In this document: in pieces, positions 1-8,424 of the stretch
Numbering within the stretch: the stretch's first letter is position 1
Layout: every line of letters begins with the position of its first letter
From: Candidatus Nanosynbacter sp. BB002
Lineage (GTDB): Bacteria > Patescibacteriota > Saccharimonadia > Saccharimonadales > Saccharimonadaceae
Direction of reading: 5' to 3'
NCBI RefSeq assembly: GCF_037013405.1
Contig: NZ_CP146064.1
Span: forward strand, 240,001-272,000
DNA length: 32,000 nucleotides
Notes under the pieces: generated by a model
The model's input: only the letters and a program-made list of their open reading frames with translations
Told to the model about the DNA's origin: nothing
The model's database searches: none
Made by a program: the position numbers and the translations under genes

Positions 1-759
1 GCGCTTAAAATCGCTGTCTTTGATGGCCTTGGCGATCTCTGAAAAGTGCATTGGTTTGCCGTTGTCGTCCAGGATGACAAAAATTTTGTCGCGAATATTT
101 TTCGGATTGACGGTTGGCCACTTGATGAGTCCCCAGTTCCCTTTCAGCTCAGCCAGCTTCTTGCTGATGGACGCCAGTGCTGCGATATTCTGTGGATGCT
201 CATAGTCCATGGACTCGTGAATTGCTTCAGCGGTGATTGGCTGGCCGTGTTTTTTGATGAATTTAACAATTTCTTCAACTTGTTTTTTCACTGACTTTTC
301 GTCACCGACGGATGAGATGACCGCGGACTGATAGAAATCGTCATTTTCATTGATAACAGTCAAGCCTGGCGCTAATTCTGCCAAGAAAGCGACAGCTGAG
401 CGCTCCAGGAGTGTCGCATCACGACCCAAAATGTGCGATGTCAAGTTTTGCATACGAGCACCACGGCCCATTTCTGACAGATGCGAAACGATGAGCTTTT
501 CGGCAGAATTAACAGATGGCAATTTGTCTTCTGCTACTGACGCACGCAGTTTGGTGAGGATGGCTTTTTCAAGTTGACGAACGCGCTCACGAGTAATGCC
601 CAGCATCTCACCGATCTGTTCCAATGTCTCTTTCCTGTCTTCCAGCCCAAAGCGACGTGAAATGATTTCACGCTCACGCTCTTGAGAAATGCTACCAAGA
701 ATATCCGCAACCGCTGTATTCAAACTCTCTGCCGCGTCAGCTATTTCTGGTTTGCTCAT
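1..759 (-). CDS. Sigma-70 region-4 (HTH) domain protein with winged-helix/HARE-HTH-like C-terminal part; its 3' end runs off the window
   Basis: It is absent from the ORF track because the frame is open to position 1. Translation from ATG (complement of 757-759) gives MSKPEIADAAESLNTAVADILGSISQEREREIISRRFGLEDRKETLEQIGEMLGITRERVRQLEKAILTKLR..., a classic region 4.2 signature. The frame stays open to ...KIFVILDDNGKPMHFSEIAKAIKDSDFKR at the window edge. Confidence 0.7.
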   Translation of the reverse strand, partial: MSKPEIADAAESLNTAVADILGSISQEREREIISRRFGLEDRKETLEQIGEMLGITRERVRQLEKAILTKLRASVAEDKLPSVNSAEKLIVSHLSEMGRGARMQNLTSHILGRDATLLERSAVAFLAELAPGLTVINENDDFYQSAVISSVGDEKSVKKQVEEIVKFIKKHGQPITAEAIHESMDYEHPQNIAALASISKKLAELKGNWGLIKWPTVNPKNIRDKIFVILDDNGKPMHFSEIAKAIKDSDFKR

Positions 760-822
760 GGTATATTCCAAGTATCCTCTCTGCCACACCCTGCATATAT
801 TTTTATCATCTCTATGTGCTTG

Positions 823-851
823 ATTATACAACAATATGTAACTCAAGTCAA
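823..851 (-). promoter_or_regulatory. Sigma-70-type promoter for the region-4 protein gene (TTGACT-17-TATAAT)
   Basis: On the minus strand, -35 TTGACT is the complement of 846-851 and -10 TATAAT is the complement of 823-828. The spacer is 17 nt, and the promoter lies about 60 nt upstream of the ATG at 759. Confidence 0.6.
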
Positions 852-1003
852 ATATTTGTGCTGCTTTTACAAATTATAGCACGTTCTTTACGATTTTTGC
901 AATGGGTTGTTTGATGTATATACAATAAGCGGTTTATATGGTATGGCACTAGTGATTACGGCTATGCTTTGTAAAATATGAGCTATATTATATAGTTATC
1001 ATT

Positions 1004-1654
1004 ATGAATGAATTAGGAAAAACCTCGATGGAAACAACAGCGTCTCTAGAAGACTTGAAAGCGGTGCAAAATTTCATCATTGACTGCTTGGCAGATGGGC
1101 AATCAATGACGGTGCCGCAGCTATCTCAGCAGTGGTGCGAAGCTCACGGCTCCAAGTCTCTCATTAAAGCTGGTCTGTTTAATGAAACAATTCGACAAGC
1201 ACTAAGTGAAATTGAAGCTGAGGAGGACGGGTCTTTTGAATGTTTGAAAAAAACGGTTGTTCAAGATACTAATACGACCGTCACGTACTACCACCTTAGT
1301 GGTGCGTCTGAAGGATATCAACCAGCCGTAATGGAGCCTGTTAATTCGGAGAGGTTTGTGCCTCCGCTTCAGGCTGCCATTAATGAGGTTGTTGGTAATC
1401 ATGATGCAGTAAATCCAGACTGGGATATGCGCAAACTATGTGCTAAGAGAGCGGTTGGTACATTTACTACTAAGCTGTGTGAAAAATGTCCAGTAAAGAC
1501 TGACTGCCTGAAGACTGCGCTTGCGGAAGAGGCTCGATTTAGTACTAAGGATGTTAAAACGTTAGGTGTCAAGGGTGGTTACGCTCCTCGTGATCGGTTA
1601 GGACTCTTAAAGGAAATCAAGGAAAAAATACACGAGACTGACCAAAAGTCATAG
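1004..1654 (+). CDS. WhiB-like (Wbl) 4Fe-4S transcription factor domain with a ~130-aa N-terminal extension
   Basis: The C-terminus reads C-x12-C-EK-C-PVKTD-C-L, then GVKGG and a basic tail (PRDRLGLLKEIKEK). This matches the Wbl pattern C-xn-C-x2-C-x5-C followed by the G[VI]WGG turn (compare WhiB1 CNRCPVTTECL...GVWGG). TATAGT at 991-996 lies 7 nt before the ATG. Confidence 0.7.
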   Translation: MNELGKTSMETTASLEDLKAVQNFIIDCLADGQSMTVPQLSQQWCEAHGSKSLIKAGLFNETIRQALSEIEAEEDGSFECLKKTVVQDTNTTVTYYHLSGASEGYQPAVMEPVNSERFVPPLQAAINEVVGNHDAVNPDWDMRKLCAKRAVGTFTTKLCEKCPVKTDCLKTALAEEARFSTKDVKTLGVKGGYAPRDRLGLLKEIKEKIHETDQKS

Positions 1655-1676
1655 TCATCCCTAAATGCGAATATCA

Positions 1677-3098
1677 TTACAATTGGCTAGCGATGCGGCT
1701 GAGGGTTTTGTCTTTGCCAAACAATGCCAGCGTGTCGTTGAGCTGTGGACTGAAAGGTGCCCATGTCGTGACGATGCGAATGAGACTGAACAGTACGCCA
1801 GGCTTTTGACCAGTGATTTCTAGTAGCTGGTTTAGCGTTTCTTGGATGGTTTCAGGGCTCCAGTCGGCCAACTCTGCCAGCTTGTCATGTGCGGTTTGCA
1901 GTAGCGCGTGAATTTCACCATCAGATAATTTTTTCAGCTGCTTATTACTGGTGATCAGTTCCCAGTTGACTTCTGGCTCTTCAAAGAAAAAGTGACTCAT
2001 CATGGGTAGCTCAGCCAGTGTTTTGAGCCGATCTTGCACTAGAGCCAAGACTTGGTGTTTGTATGACGCATCAAACTGGGCAGCTGATTGTGGCCAATAG
2101 CTCTCTACTCGTTGGTAGAGGTCGTCTAGGTTGATTTGGCGGATCCATTGTCCATTCATCCACAGCAAACGCTTCTCGTCAAAACGTGCGCCCGAACGCT
2201 GTACTCGGTCGAGACTGAATTTATCGATCAGCTCTTGCCTGCTGAAGATTTCCTGCTCAGTGCCATCGTTCCAGCCCATAGATGCCAAGAAATTCAGCAT
2301 GGCCTCTGGCAGGATTCCGTCAGTTCGGTAATCAGTCACGCTTTTGGCGCCGTCTCGTTTACCAAGTTTTTTCCTGCCATCTGGAGCCATGATGTGTGGT
2401 AAGCAAACCAAGGTTGGTGGTGTGATTTCCAGGGCTTCGTATAGACTCAAATATTTAGGAGTACTGGAGATATATTCCAGTCCGCGAATGACGTGAGTGA
2501 TGCCCATCTCAAAGTCGTCAATGATGTGCGCAAAATTGTAGGTTGGATAGCCATCGGCTTTGATGAGGATGAAATCGTCTAGAGCCTCAGGACCAGCTGA
2601 CAATTCGCCCATGACAGGGTCGTTCCACGTGTATCGTTTGAGAGAGGTCACTTTGAACCGGAGTGGCTGAGTGCCGTCCCACTCTGGGGGATTTTCTGGC
2701 CGATAGTCACGGTATAAGAAAGCTTTTTTCAAGGCGCGTGCTTCTTCTCGAAAGCCTTGTACCTCTTCAGGTGTGTACGGATCGGCATAGGCGAGCCCCT
2801 TTTCTACCAGCTTTTTTGCCCAGGTGTGGTAGATCTCTAGCCGTTCTGACTGGTGGTATGGTCCATGTGATCCACCTTTGCGTGGCCCTTCGTCCCAGTC
2901 GATGCCGAGCCATTCCAAGGTGTCCAATATCAAATCTTCAGCGCCAGGCACAAACCGCGATCGGTCAGTGTCCTCGATGCGTAAGATAAATGAGCCTCCC
3001 TGCTGGCGTGTCAGTAGCCACGGGAACAAAGCCGCTCGAACATTTCCAACATGAATATAGCCGGTTGGTGATGGCGCAAAACGAGTACGAATAGTCAT
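1677..3098 (-). CDS. gltX: Glutamyl-tRNA synthetase
   Basis: The N-terminus RFAPSPTGYIHVGNVRAAL carries the HIGH-type motif, and KLGKRDGAKS is a KMSKS-type loop. The 473-aa length is typical for bacterial GluRS. Confidence 0.93.
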   Translation of the reverse strand: MTIRTRFAPSPTGYIHVGNVRAALFPWLLTRQQGGSFILRIEDTDRSRFVPGAEDLILDTLEWLGIDWDEGPRKGGSHGPYHQSERLEIYHTWAKKLVEKGLAYADPYTPEEVQGFREEARALKKAFLYRDYRPENPPEWDGTQPLRFKVTSLKRYTWNDPVMGELSAGPEALDDFILIKADGYPTYNFAHIIDDFEMGITHVIRGLEYISSTPKYLSLYEALEITPPTLVCLPHIMAPDGRKKLGKRDGAKSVTDYRTDGILPEAMLNFLASMGWNDGTEQEIFSRQELIDKFSLDRVQRSGARFDEKRLLWMNGQWIRQINLDDLYQRVESYWPQSAAQFDASYKHQVLALVQDRLKTLAELPMMSHFFFEEPEVNWELITSNKQLKKLSDGEIHALLQTAHDKLAELADWSPETIQETLNQLLEITGQKPGVLFSLIRIVTTWAPFSPQLNDTLALFGKDKTLSRIASQL

Positions 3099-3110
3099 GA
3101 TGACATTATA

Positions 3111-4109
3111 CTACATGCTGGTAGCTATTTTGCGAATCTGTTCGCTGGAGAGTGGAGCGTGGCTGTTGATTTGGTACAAGATGCCACCATTGACCCAAGC
3201 GACATTTTCTCCTGCTGCAAAAATAGTCAGGCCATCGACGATGGTTGTAGCTGGCGCACCTGATTTTCCTGAGATGTATTCTTTGACAGCGGCTGAATCC
3301 CAGTTGCTCTTGCTCTGAGAAATTGTGTAGTTAGCAGTGCCGTCAGCGTATGCAAATTTCATACTAACCTCTCCCTGCTTGAAGGAAATTGGGCCGTTGA
3401 GCGCATAGCCATTTGGTTTGTAACCAGGATAAGTGGCGTTGATACCAGACTGCAGGGCGGCGACACGAATGGAAATGTTTGGCATGCTGAGATAGGTGAA
3501 ATAGCCACCGAGTAGCATGATGGCAAGCCCTGCAGAAGCCAGGCTGGTCCACCGCTTCAGTTTGCTTTGCTTGCGCTTGGCGCGGTGATGTTTGTCTGGT
3601 TTTGGCTCTTGAGCTTTAGCCAAGGCTTCGCTGATGGCCTCATTTTTGAGAATTGATGCTGGCTTTGGCTCGGCTTTCTGAATTGGCGCGACGGGCGCCT
3701 TGGTAATTTGTCGCTGCTTGGCGCGTTGTACAACTGGGTGCACTTCTGCCGGACGATCTATCTGAACAGGTTTTTTGAGCGCCTCTACTGCTGGTTTTTG
3801 AGCTATCTGAGGGGAGAATTTTTTCACGGCAACGTGTTGCTGTACGGCCGTATGTGGGGTCCTAACTGGACGAGTAGCGAGGGATTTTTGAGGGGGTCGT
3901 TTGATGTGTCGTCGGCTGAGGGTGGCTGATTTCTGTACTGGAACACGGTGAATAGTTGCAGTAGTTGTACCGCGTGCGGTTGATGCCTTGACGACGCGTT
4001 TGGGCTGCGTTGGCGCTACGGTTGGTGATGTTGCGACTGAGATTGGTAATGGCAGTCCTGTGACTGGGTCGTATGCCTTACCATTGACATTGATAAATTC
4101 TTGTTTCAT
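3111..4109 (-). CDS. Single-pass membrane protein with a basic/Pro-rich N-terminal region and a DUF4367-like C-terminal domain (possible anti-sigma-like)
   Basis: There is one TM segment (WTSLASAGLAIMLLGGYFTYL). The extracytoplasmic C-terminal domain ends ...GGILYQINSHAPLSSEQIRKIATSM, resembling DUF4367 ends. A Shine-Dalgarno AAGGGGA lies before the ATG at 4109. Confidence 0.55.
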   Translation of the reverse strand: MKQEFINVNGKAYDPVTGLPLPISVATSPTVAPTQPKRVVKASTARGTTTATIHRVPVQKSATLSRRHIKRPPQKSLATRPVRTPHTAVQQHVAVKKFSPQIAQKPAVEALKKPVQIDRPAEVHPVVQRAKQRQITKAPVAPIQKAEPKPASILKNEAISEALAKAQEPKPDKHHRAKRKQSKLKRWTSLASAGLAIMLLGGYFTYLSMPNISIRVAALQSGINATYPGYKPNGYALNGPISFKQGEVSMKFAYADGTANYTISQSKSNWDSAAVKEYISGKSGAPATTIVDGLTIFAAGENVAWVNGGILYQINSHAPLSSEQIRKIATSM

Positions 4110-4209
4110 TTCTTCCCCTTGTTACGATGTTCCCTCGCGAACTTCTATATATTATAGTACAAAGTGCCAGCGGTTTTTGCAAGGGCGAAAATGTGGTATA
4201 ATTCGTTTT

Positions 4210-5700
4210 ATGTACCACAACAATACCTCCGCAAAAGAAATCGTGCGTCGTACTTTGGTGTACACTACCATGACGCTGATGGTGATTGGTCTAATCATCG
4301 TTCTTTTGTGGCACAACTTTGGCTATCAATTCAATTCAAAAGATCTGAAAATCGAACAAAACAGCTTAGTGCAATACGATTCATTCCCGCGTGGCGCACA
4401 GGTGTCAATCGATGGCAACGCATTTAATCTGACTCAAACCAAGGGCCTGATCGTACCTGGGCAACACCAATTCACTATGAAACTGAACGGCTATGAGCCA
4501 TGGCAAAAGACTTTGGACATCAAGGCTGGTACGGTGACGCATTTGGTGTATGCTCGGATGATCCCCGAGAAGAAAGAGGTCACCAATTTGAAAGAATATC
4601 CAGTGCTAGAATCAGCTAAGTTTGCGCCTGGCGGGCGGTTCATGGCTGGTACTGGCGTGGTGAACGGAACACCGAAACTGTTTTGGGGTGATGTTCGGTC
4701 GTACAACAATCCTAAATTTACGGAAACTGACATTAGCACACAACATTTGGCGCAGTATGATGTGGCAACGACCAAGCATCAATTTGCCATCGCTGAGTGG
4801 GACTTTGCGGGCCGCTACGTACTATTCAAGCATACTTACACCCCAGAGGGCTCTGACAGCAAGATTCAGTGGCTGCGCTTTGACCGGGATAATCCAAAAG
4901 AAATGATTGATGTGACGAATATCGCCAGCGTGGATATTTTGGACGCGCATTTCATCGGTACGAATGGTAATGAGCTATACGTCTTGCAAAATGGTGGTCA
5001 TGTACGCCAGATGAATGTGGGCGGTGCTTCCCTGTCGCGTCCAGTGTTATCTGGTGTTCAGTCGTTTGTGTTGTATGGCAGTGAGACGATCGCTTATGTC
5101 GGTACTGAAGCAAATGTCAAAGTGGCTGGTGTGTGGAAAAAAGGCTGGGAACAGTCGCGCATCATGTATCGAGCTGCGTCAGCGCAGACTGATGATATAG
5201 TCAAAATCAAGGCTTCAAAGTATTTCAATAAAGACACCGTGGTTGTGACGGTCAATGACACAGCGCAGATCTATCGCGGTGATTTGCGTCCACCAACCGA
5301 GGACTCAGAAGCGGTAAAAAAGTTTTTGAATTCCGTGAAAAAGGTAGCGTTTGGACGGACCATCAAAGATCTGACGCTAAACAGTGACGGTCGAATGGTG
5401 ATCGTCAAAGATGAGACAGGCTTTGTTAATTATGACATCGAGCGAGAGACTATTTCGCCAGTCATCGCGCTTGATGCAGCGAGTGAGCTCAAATGGCTGG
5501 ATGAGTTCTATGTCTGGCGACGTAACGCGAGTGGCAACTTGGTGATCCAGGAGTTTGATGGCACCAATGCGCACACACTGACTCCCGTGGCTACTGGTTA
5601 CGACGCAGCGCTGTCCCCTGACGGTAAATATCTCTACTCGTTTGTCGGTGACGGTGACAAATTAGTTCTCAGTCGTTTGAAGATGACGACCGAATCATAA
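4210..5700 (+). CDS. PEGA domain-containing membrane-anchored protein
   Basis: I place the start at the internal ATG 4210 (MYHNNTSAKEIV...). TGgTATAAT ends at 4202, 7 nt upstream. The track start at 3988 would overlap the divergent gene. There is an N-terminal TM segment (TMTLMVIGLIIVLLW), then a PEGA-like block FPRGAQVSIDGN...GQHQFTMKLNGYEPWQKTLDIKAGTVTHL. Confidence 0.75.
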   Translation: MYHNNTSAKEIVRRTLVYTTMTLMVIGLIIVLLWHNFGYQFNSKDLKIEQNSLVQYDSFPRGAQVSIDGNAFNLTQTKGLIVPGQHQFTMKLNGYEPWQKTLDIKAGTVTHLVYARMIPEKKEVTNLKEYPVLESAKFAPGGRFMAGTGVVNGTPKLFWGDVRSYNNPKFTETDISTQHLAQYDVATTKHQFAIAEWDFAGRYVLFKHTYTPEGSDSKIQWLRFDRDNPKEMIDVTNIASVDILDAHFIGTNGNELYVLQNGGHVRQMNVGGASLSRPVLSGVQSFVLYGSETIAYVGTEANVKVAGVWKKGWEQSRIMYRAASAQTDDIVKIKASKYFNKDTVVVTVNDTAQIYRGDLRPPTEDSEAVKKFLNSVKKVAFGRTIKDLTLNSDGRMVIVKDETGFVNYDIERETISPVIALDAASELKWLDEFYVWRRNASGNLVIQEFDGTNAHTLTPVATGYDAALSPDGKYLYSFVGDGDKLVLSRLKMTTES

Positions 5701-5722
5701 ACTCAAGGAGGTGATTTTCCGG

Positions 5723-6988
5723 TTATCGAGCGCCAAAGATACGCTCCAAGACGGTTGGCGATGGATTGCCTGGTATTTGTCCTGTTGCGTTGTTTTCAGC
5801 AGCAGCAGAAGCGGTGTTGGGGTCTGGGCTGATTTGATCAGCATAGACCAACAGACGCTTGTCGGCAGTGCCAACAGGAACACAGCTGACCAGCGTGAGC
5901 ATTGGTTTTTGGGTGCCAGTTTGGATTTTGGTGACCTCGTTCGGTTTGACGACTTCTGAACCAGTGATTTTATAGGTGTATCGTTTGCCTTCGTAGTTAA
6001 GATATATGACGTCGTCTTTTTGAAGTTTTTCGTTTTGGGCGAAGATGAATTTATATCCTCCGGCGGCAAAGGCGTCATTGCTGGAGTGCCCAGCCAATAC
6101 AACATTTCCTGCCTGTCCTGGTAGCGCGCTTGCTCCAGAAACGGCAAAGTGCGCTACGCCTTTTTCCATGGCTTTGCGCTGTGATTGTACATCTGGTGCG
6201 GCGCCGTACACCACGGGTGCATCAACATTAATCTTCGGGATGATAATCTTTGGTTCAGCGCTGACTTTGGTGTCAATGCTTGGGTCGACGATGATGTTTT
6301 GTGGCTCAATATTGCCGGGGCTGGTATAGGCTGCGACAGTACCCAAAATGACTCGGTTGTATTGCAGGAAGACAAAGGCCAACATGACCATGGTTCCAGC
6401 AAGGGCTGGGATGAAATGTCGAGAATTGCGCACTTTTTTGGCGGAGTCGTTGACGGTATTGCGGATCTTGGAGCGCAGATCGCGAATGGCCTGCTGTTGT
6501 GGTGACAAGGTGTCTGCTGCCTCTGGAGTGCTGGTTTGCGGCCGCTGAGATGGAGACTGTTGAGCATTCAGGTGGTTGGCGTAATACCGTTCATAATACA
6601 TCTGATAATATTTTTGCCAGGCACTGTGGTATTGCTGCCACTGATCTGGCGTGGCTTGTGGTGTGCTGTTGGCTAGTTGAGTGGGCTGGCTGGTGGTTGC
6701 GGTGGTCGTGTCAGTAGGTGGCGTAGTATTAAGGCGGTGGCCCTGCGGCTCGGTCTGTGGAGCTGGTTTGGCTACTGGTGTAGCGGCTTGTGGCTGAGGT
6801 TGCGGTTGCAGTGCTGGCTCTTGTGGCGTTGTGCTGGCTGGCGCAGGCGTAGTGTGGGGTGCAGCATCAGATGAATTGCCAGTATAGATCGAGTTGATTT
6901 GCCCGCGGATAACATCAGCAGCAGCATTGCGCGTCGATGATTGGTCGCGCGCTGGCGGTTGGAATGGTCGTGGACTTCCGGGGTTCAT
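5723..6988 (-). CDS. Sortase family transpeptidase with a long Pro/Gln/Thr-rich N-terminal region
   Basis: The catalytic His context is VVLAGHSS, followed by the TLVSC active-site motif and a downstream Arg (ADKRLLVYA). A TM segment (ALAGTMVMLAFVFLQ) precedes the catalytic domain. Confidence 0.85.
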   Translation of the reverse strand: MNPGSPRPFQPPARDQSSTRNAAADVIRGQINSIYTGNSSDAAPHTTPAPASTTPQEPALQPQPQPQAATPVAKPAPQTEPQGHRLNTTPPTDTTTATTSQPTQLANSTPQATPDQWQQYHSAWQKYYQMYYERYYANHLNAQQSPSQRPQTSTPEAADTLSPQQQAIRDLRSKIRNTVNDSAKKVRNSRHFIPALAGTMVMLAFVFLQYNRVILGTVAAYTSPGNIEPQNIIVDPSIDTKVSAEPKIIIPKINVDAPVVYGAAPDVQSQRKAMEKGVAHFAVSGASALPGQAGNVVLAGHSSNDAFAAGGYKFIFAQNEKLQKDDVIYLNYEGKRYTYKITGSEVVKPNEVTKIQTGTQKPMLTLVSCVPVGTADKRLLVYADQISPDPNTASAAAENNATGQIPGNPSPTVLERIFGAR

Positions 6989-7096
6989 ACTTATGTTTAA
7001 TGATACAGGAAAATCACCAAAAAAACAAAAATATCCCCTTGTCGAGGGCGAGGATGACGTGATATAATAACCAGTAGTTTTGGAGCGCTCTCTCGT

Positions 7097-7183
7097 GCCG
7101 CGGTGGCGGAATTGGTAGACGCGCTAGACTCAAAATCTGGTGAGCAATAGCTCGTGCCGGTTCAAGTCCGGCCCGCGGTACCA
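7097..7183 (+). tRNA. tRNA-Leu (anticodon CAA), class II with long variable arm, CCA encoded
   Basis: The acceptor pairs GCCGCGG with CCGCGGU. The D loop is AATTGGTAG. The anticodon stem is CTAGA/TCTGG with loop CTCAAAA. The variable arm is GAGC-AAT-GCTC and the T arm is GCCGG-TTCAAGT-CCGGC. The discriminator is A, followed by CCA. Confidence 0.93.
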
Positions 7184-7202
7184 GAGGTCGCTCCAAGCAA
7201 CC

Positions 7203-7228
7203 ATCGCCCACTGACTGGGCGATTTTTA
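7203..7228 (+). terminator. Rho-independent terminator after tRNA-Leu
   Basis: The stem pairs ATCGCCCA (7203-7210) with TGGGCGAT (7216-7223) and is followed by TTTTT. Confidence 0.7.
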
Positions 7229-7333
7229 TATATGAGCAAAGAAAATAGCCCACCGAGAGGCTCCAGCCGAGACGTGAGGCCTCAAGGCGAGCTATTTTCT
7301 CAGCGGGCTTAGGATACCTCATAGGGTATCTTA

Positions 7334-7501
7334 TCACTTCAGCCGCCTTATACCGTGACAGGTAAAGGCGATGGAGCAGACCAGGCAGGCCATAATCCAC
7401 CACCAGGCTTCGGTGGTGAGAACGAGGCCGGCTGCTGTAATAGAACAGACTACAGCCAGGCCAAATGAGAGCGGGATTTCTGTCTCCCCCCATTTGAGCA
7501 T
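7334..7501 (-). CDS. Small (55 aa) two-TM hydrophobic protein, below the ORF-track length cut-off
   Basis: The ATG (complement of 7499-7501) lies 6 nt after GAGGAGG (complement of 7508-7514). The product is MLKWGETEIPLSFGLAVVCSITAAGLVLTTEAWWWIMACLVCSIAFTCHGIRRLK, ending at TGA (7334-7336). The overlapping 164-aa track ORF crosses the tRNA gene and is rejected. Confidence 0.5.
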   Translation of the reverse strand: MLKWGETEIPLSFGLAVVCSITAAGLVLTTEAWWWIMACLVCSIAFTCHGIRRLK

Positions 7502-7587
7502 AATACACCTCCTCTCAGGAGTGTATCGCTCAAAGCTAAAGGGCGACTTCCGCCCTTTGACGAAGCTTCGAGCGAAAGCTACCTTGC

Positions 7588-7616
7588 ATTATATCACTAA
7601 AAATATAAAATGTCAA
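7588..7616 (-). promoter_or_regulatory. Perfect-consensus sigma-70 promoter (TTGACA-17-TATAAT) driving the small-ORF transcript
   Basis: On the minus strand, TTGACA is the complement of 7611-7616 and TATAAT is the complement of 7588-7593, with a 17-nt spacer. A 46-nt extended hairpin (7528-7573) sits in the ~80-nt leader. Confidence 0.6.
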
Positions 7617-7632
7617 TGCTTGCTGCGAGTAA

Positions 7633-8424
7633 TTACCCTGTGCAGACAGCGGTGCTGGCAGCGGCTAGTGGTGAGCTGGGTGACCATACCAAGTAGCTGG
7701 CGATTTTTGTGCCAACGACTCCACGCCAGATGGCCATCGGCTCATGCCAGGCTTGGGTGACGACGGTACCGCCGTGGGCGATGACTACGTGTTCGGCGTG
7801 GAAGGTGCAGATGGTGACTGGATAGGTGATGGTGAATTTATGAAGTATGTCGACGAACTGTGCTAGTTGGATGCTGAACGTCAGCATTTTTGGATAGTAC
7901 ACTGAGCGAAATATTTTTTGTACTTGAGCAAAAGAAGCCACAAATACCACATGCTGATTGTCCAAAATCTCCGCAAAACTGTTTTGTAGTAGGTCGATGG
8001 CGTCACGAGTGATGACGACTGGTTGTTGTGAGTGCTTAACCAGTTCTTCGTGGATGATCGCGGTTTGACTATTTCTGCCAGAGTCGCCGATCAGTAAGAG
8101 TACGTCGGACCAGTCACGGAGCGATACGGCTTCCGTGAGTGCTGCTTGCGCTAGGCTGCCAGATGGATTGGTTGGCGCGAACAAAACATCAGTCATACTG
8201 GACGGTACGCTTTTTTTGAGAACGTCGGGCAGTAATACGCGAACCTGGCCAACACCAGTTGTTTGAGCGGTTGCGTAGGCCTCAGCGACAGACGAAAAGC
8301 CCAGTTTGTTACCACCGATGATGGCTAAGCGCCCAGACTGGTCAAGCCGTTCGGGACGATTCCACTCAACATCAGGAAACAGAGGCTTGCCTGGCTCCTG
8401 ACGCTGCCAGTATGACGAATTCAT
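7633..8424 (-). CDS. YjeF C-terminal / carbohydrate-kinase-fold-like protein (NAD(P)HX dehydratase-like, divergent)
   Basis: GRLAIIGGNKLGFSSVAEAYATAQTTGVGQVRVLLP resembles the YjeF_C N-terminal glycine-rich block. The later VVITRDAIDLL resembles the vlDADAL segment. The start overlaps the upstream stop (ATGA). The functional call is weak. Confidence 0.4.
   Translation of the reverse strand: MNSSYWQRQEPGKPLFPDVEWNRPERLDQSGRLAIIGGNKLGFSSVAEAYATAQTTGVGQVRVLLPDVLKKSVPSSMTDVLFAPTNPSGSLAQAALTEAVSLRDWSDVLLLIGDSGRNSQTAIIHEELVKHSQQPVVITRDAIDLLQNSFAEILDNQHVVFVASFAQVQKIFRSVYYPKMLTFSIQLAQFVDILHKFTITYPVTICTFHAEHVVIAHGGTVVTQAWHEPMAIWRGVVGTKIASYLVWSPSSPLAAASTAVCTG

Noticed and set aside
3988-4209. N-terminal extensions of several track ORFs (3988, 10200, 12490, 16638, 16656, 29731, 30983)
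   Set aside because: The extended parts overlap divergent genes, promoters, terminators or tRNA-like elements. Their sequence is not protein-like. Internal ATGs preceded by a Shine-Dalgarno or a -10-N6/7 signal give products with canonical N-termini, for example MKLFSWNVNG for Xth and MIADIHI for ABC-F.
7014-7508. 164-aa minus-strand track ORF
   Set aside because: It runs antisense straight through the canonical tRNA-Leu gene and its terminator and has junk-like composition. Only the separate 55-codon frame at 7334-7501, which has a strong Shine-Dalgarno, is plausible.
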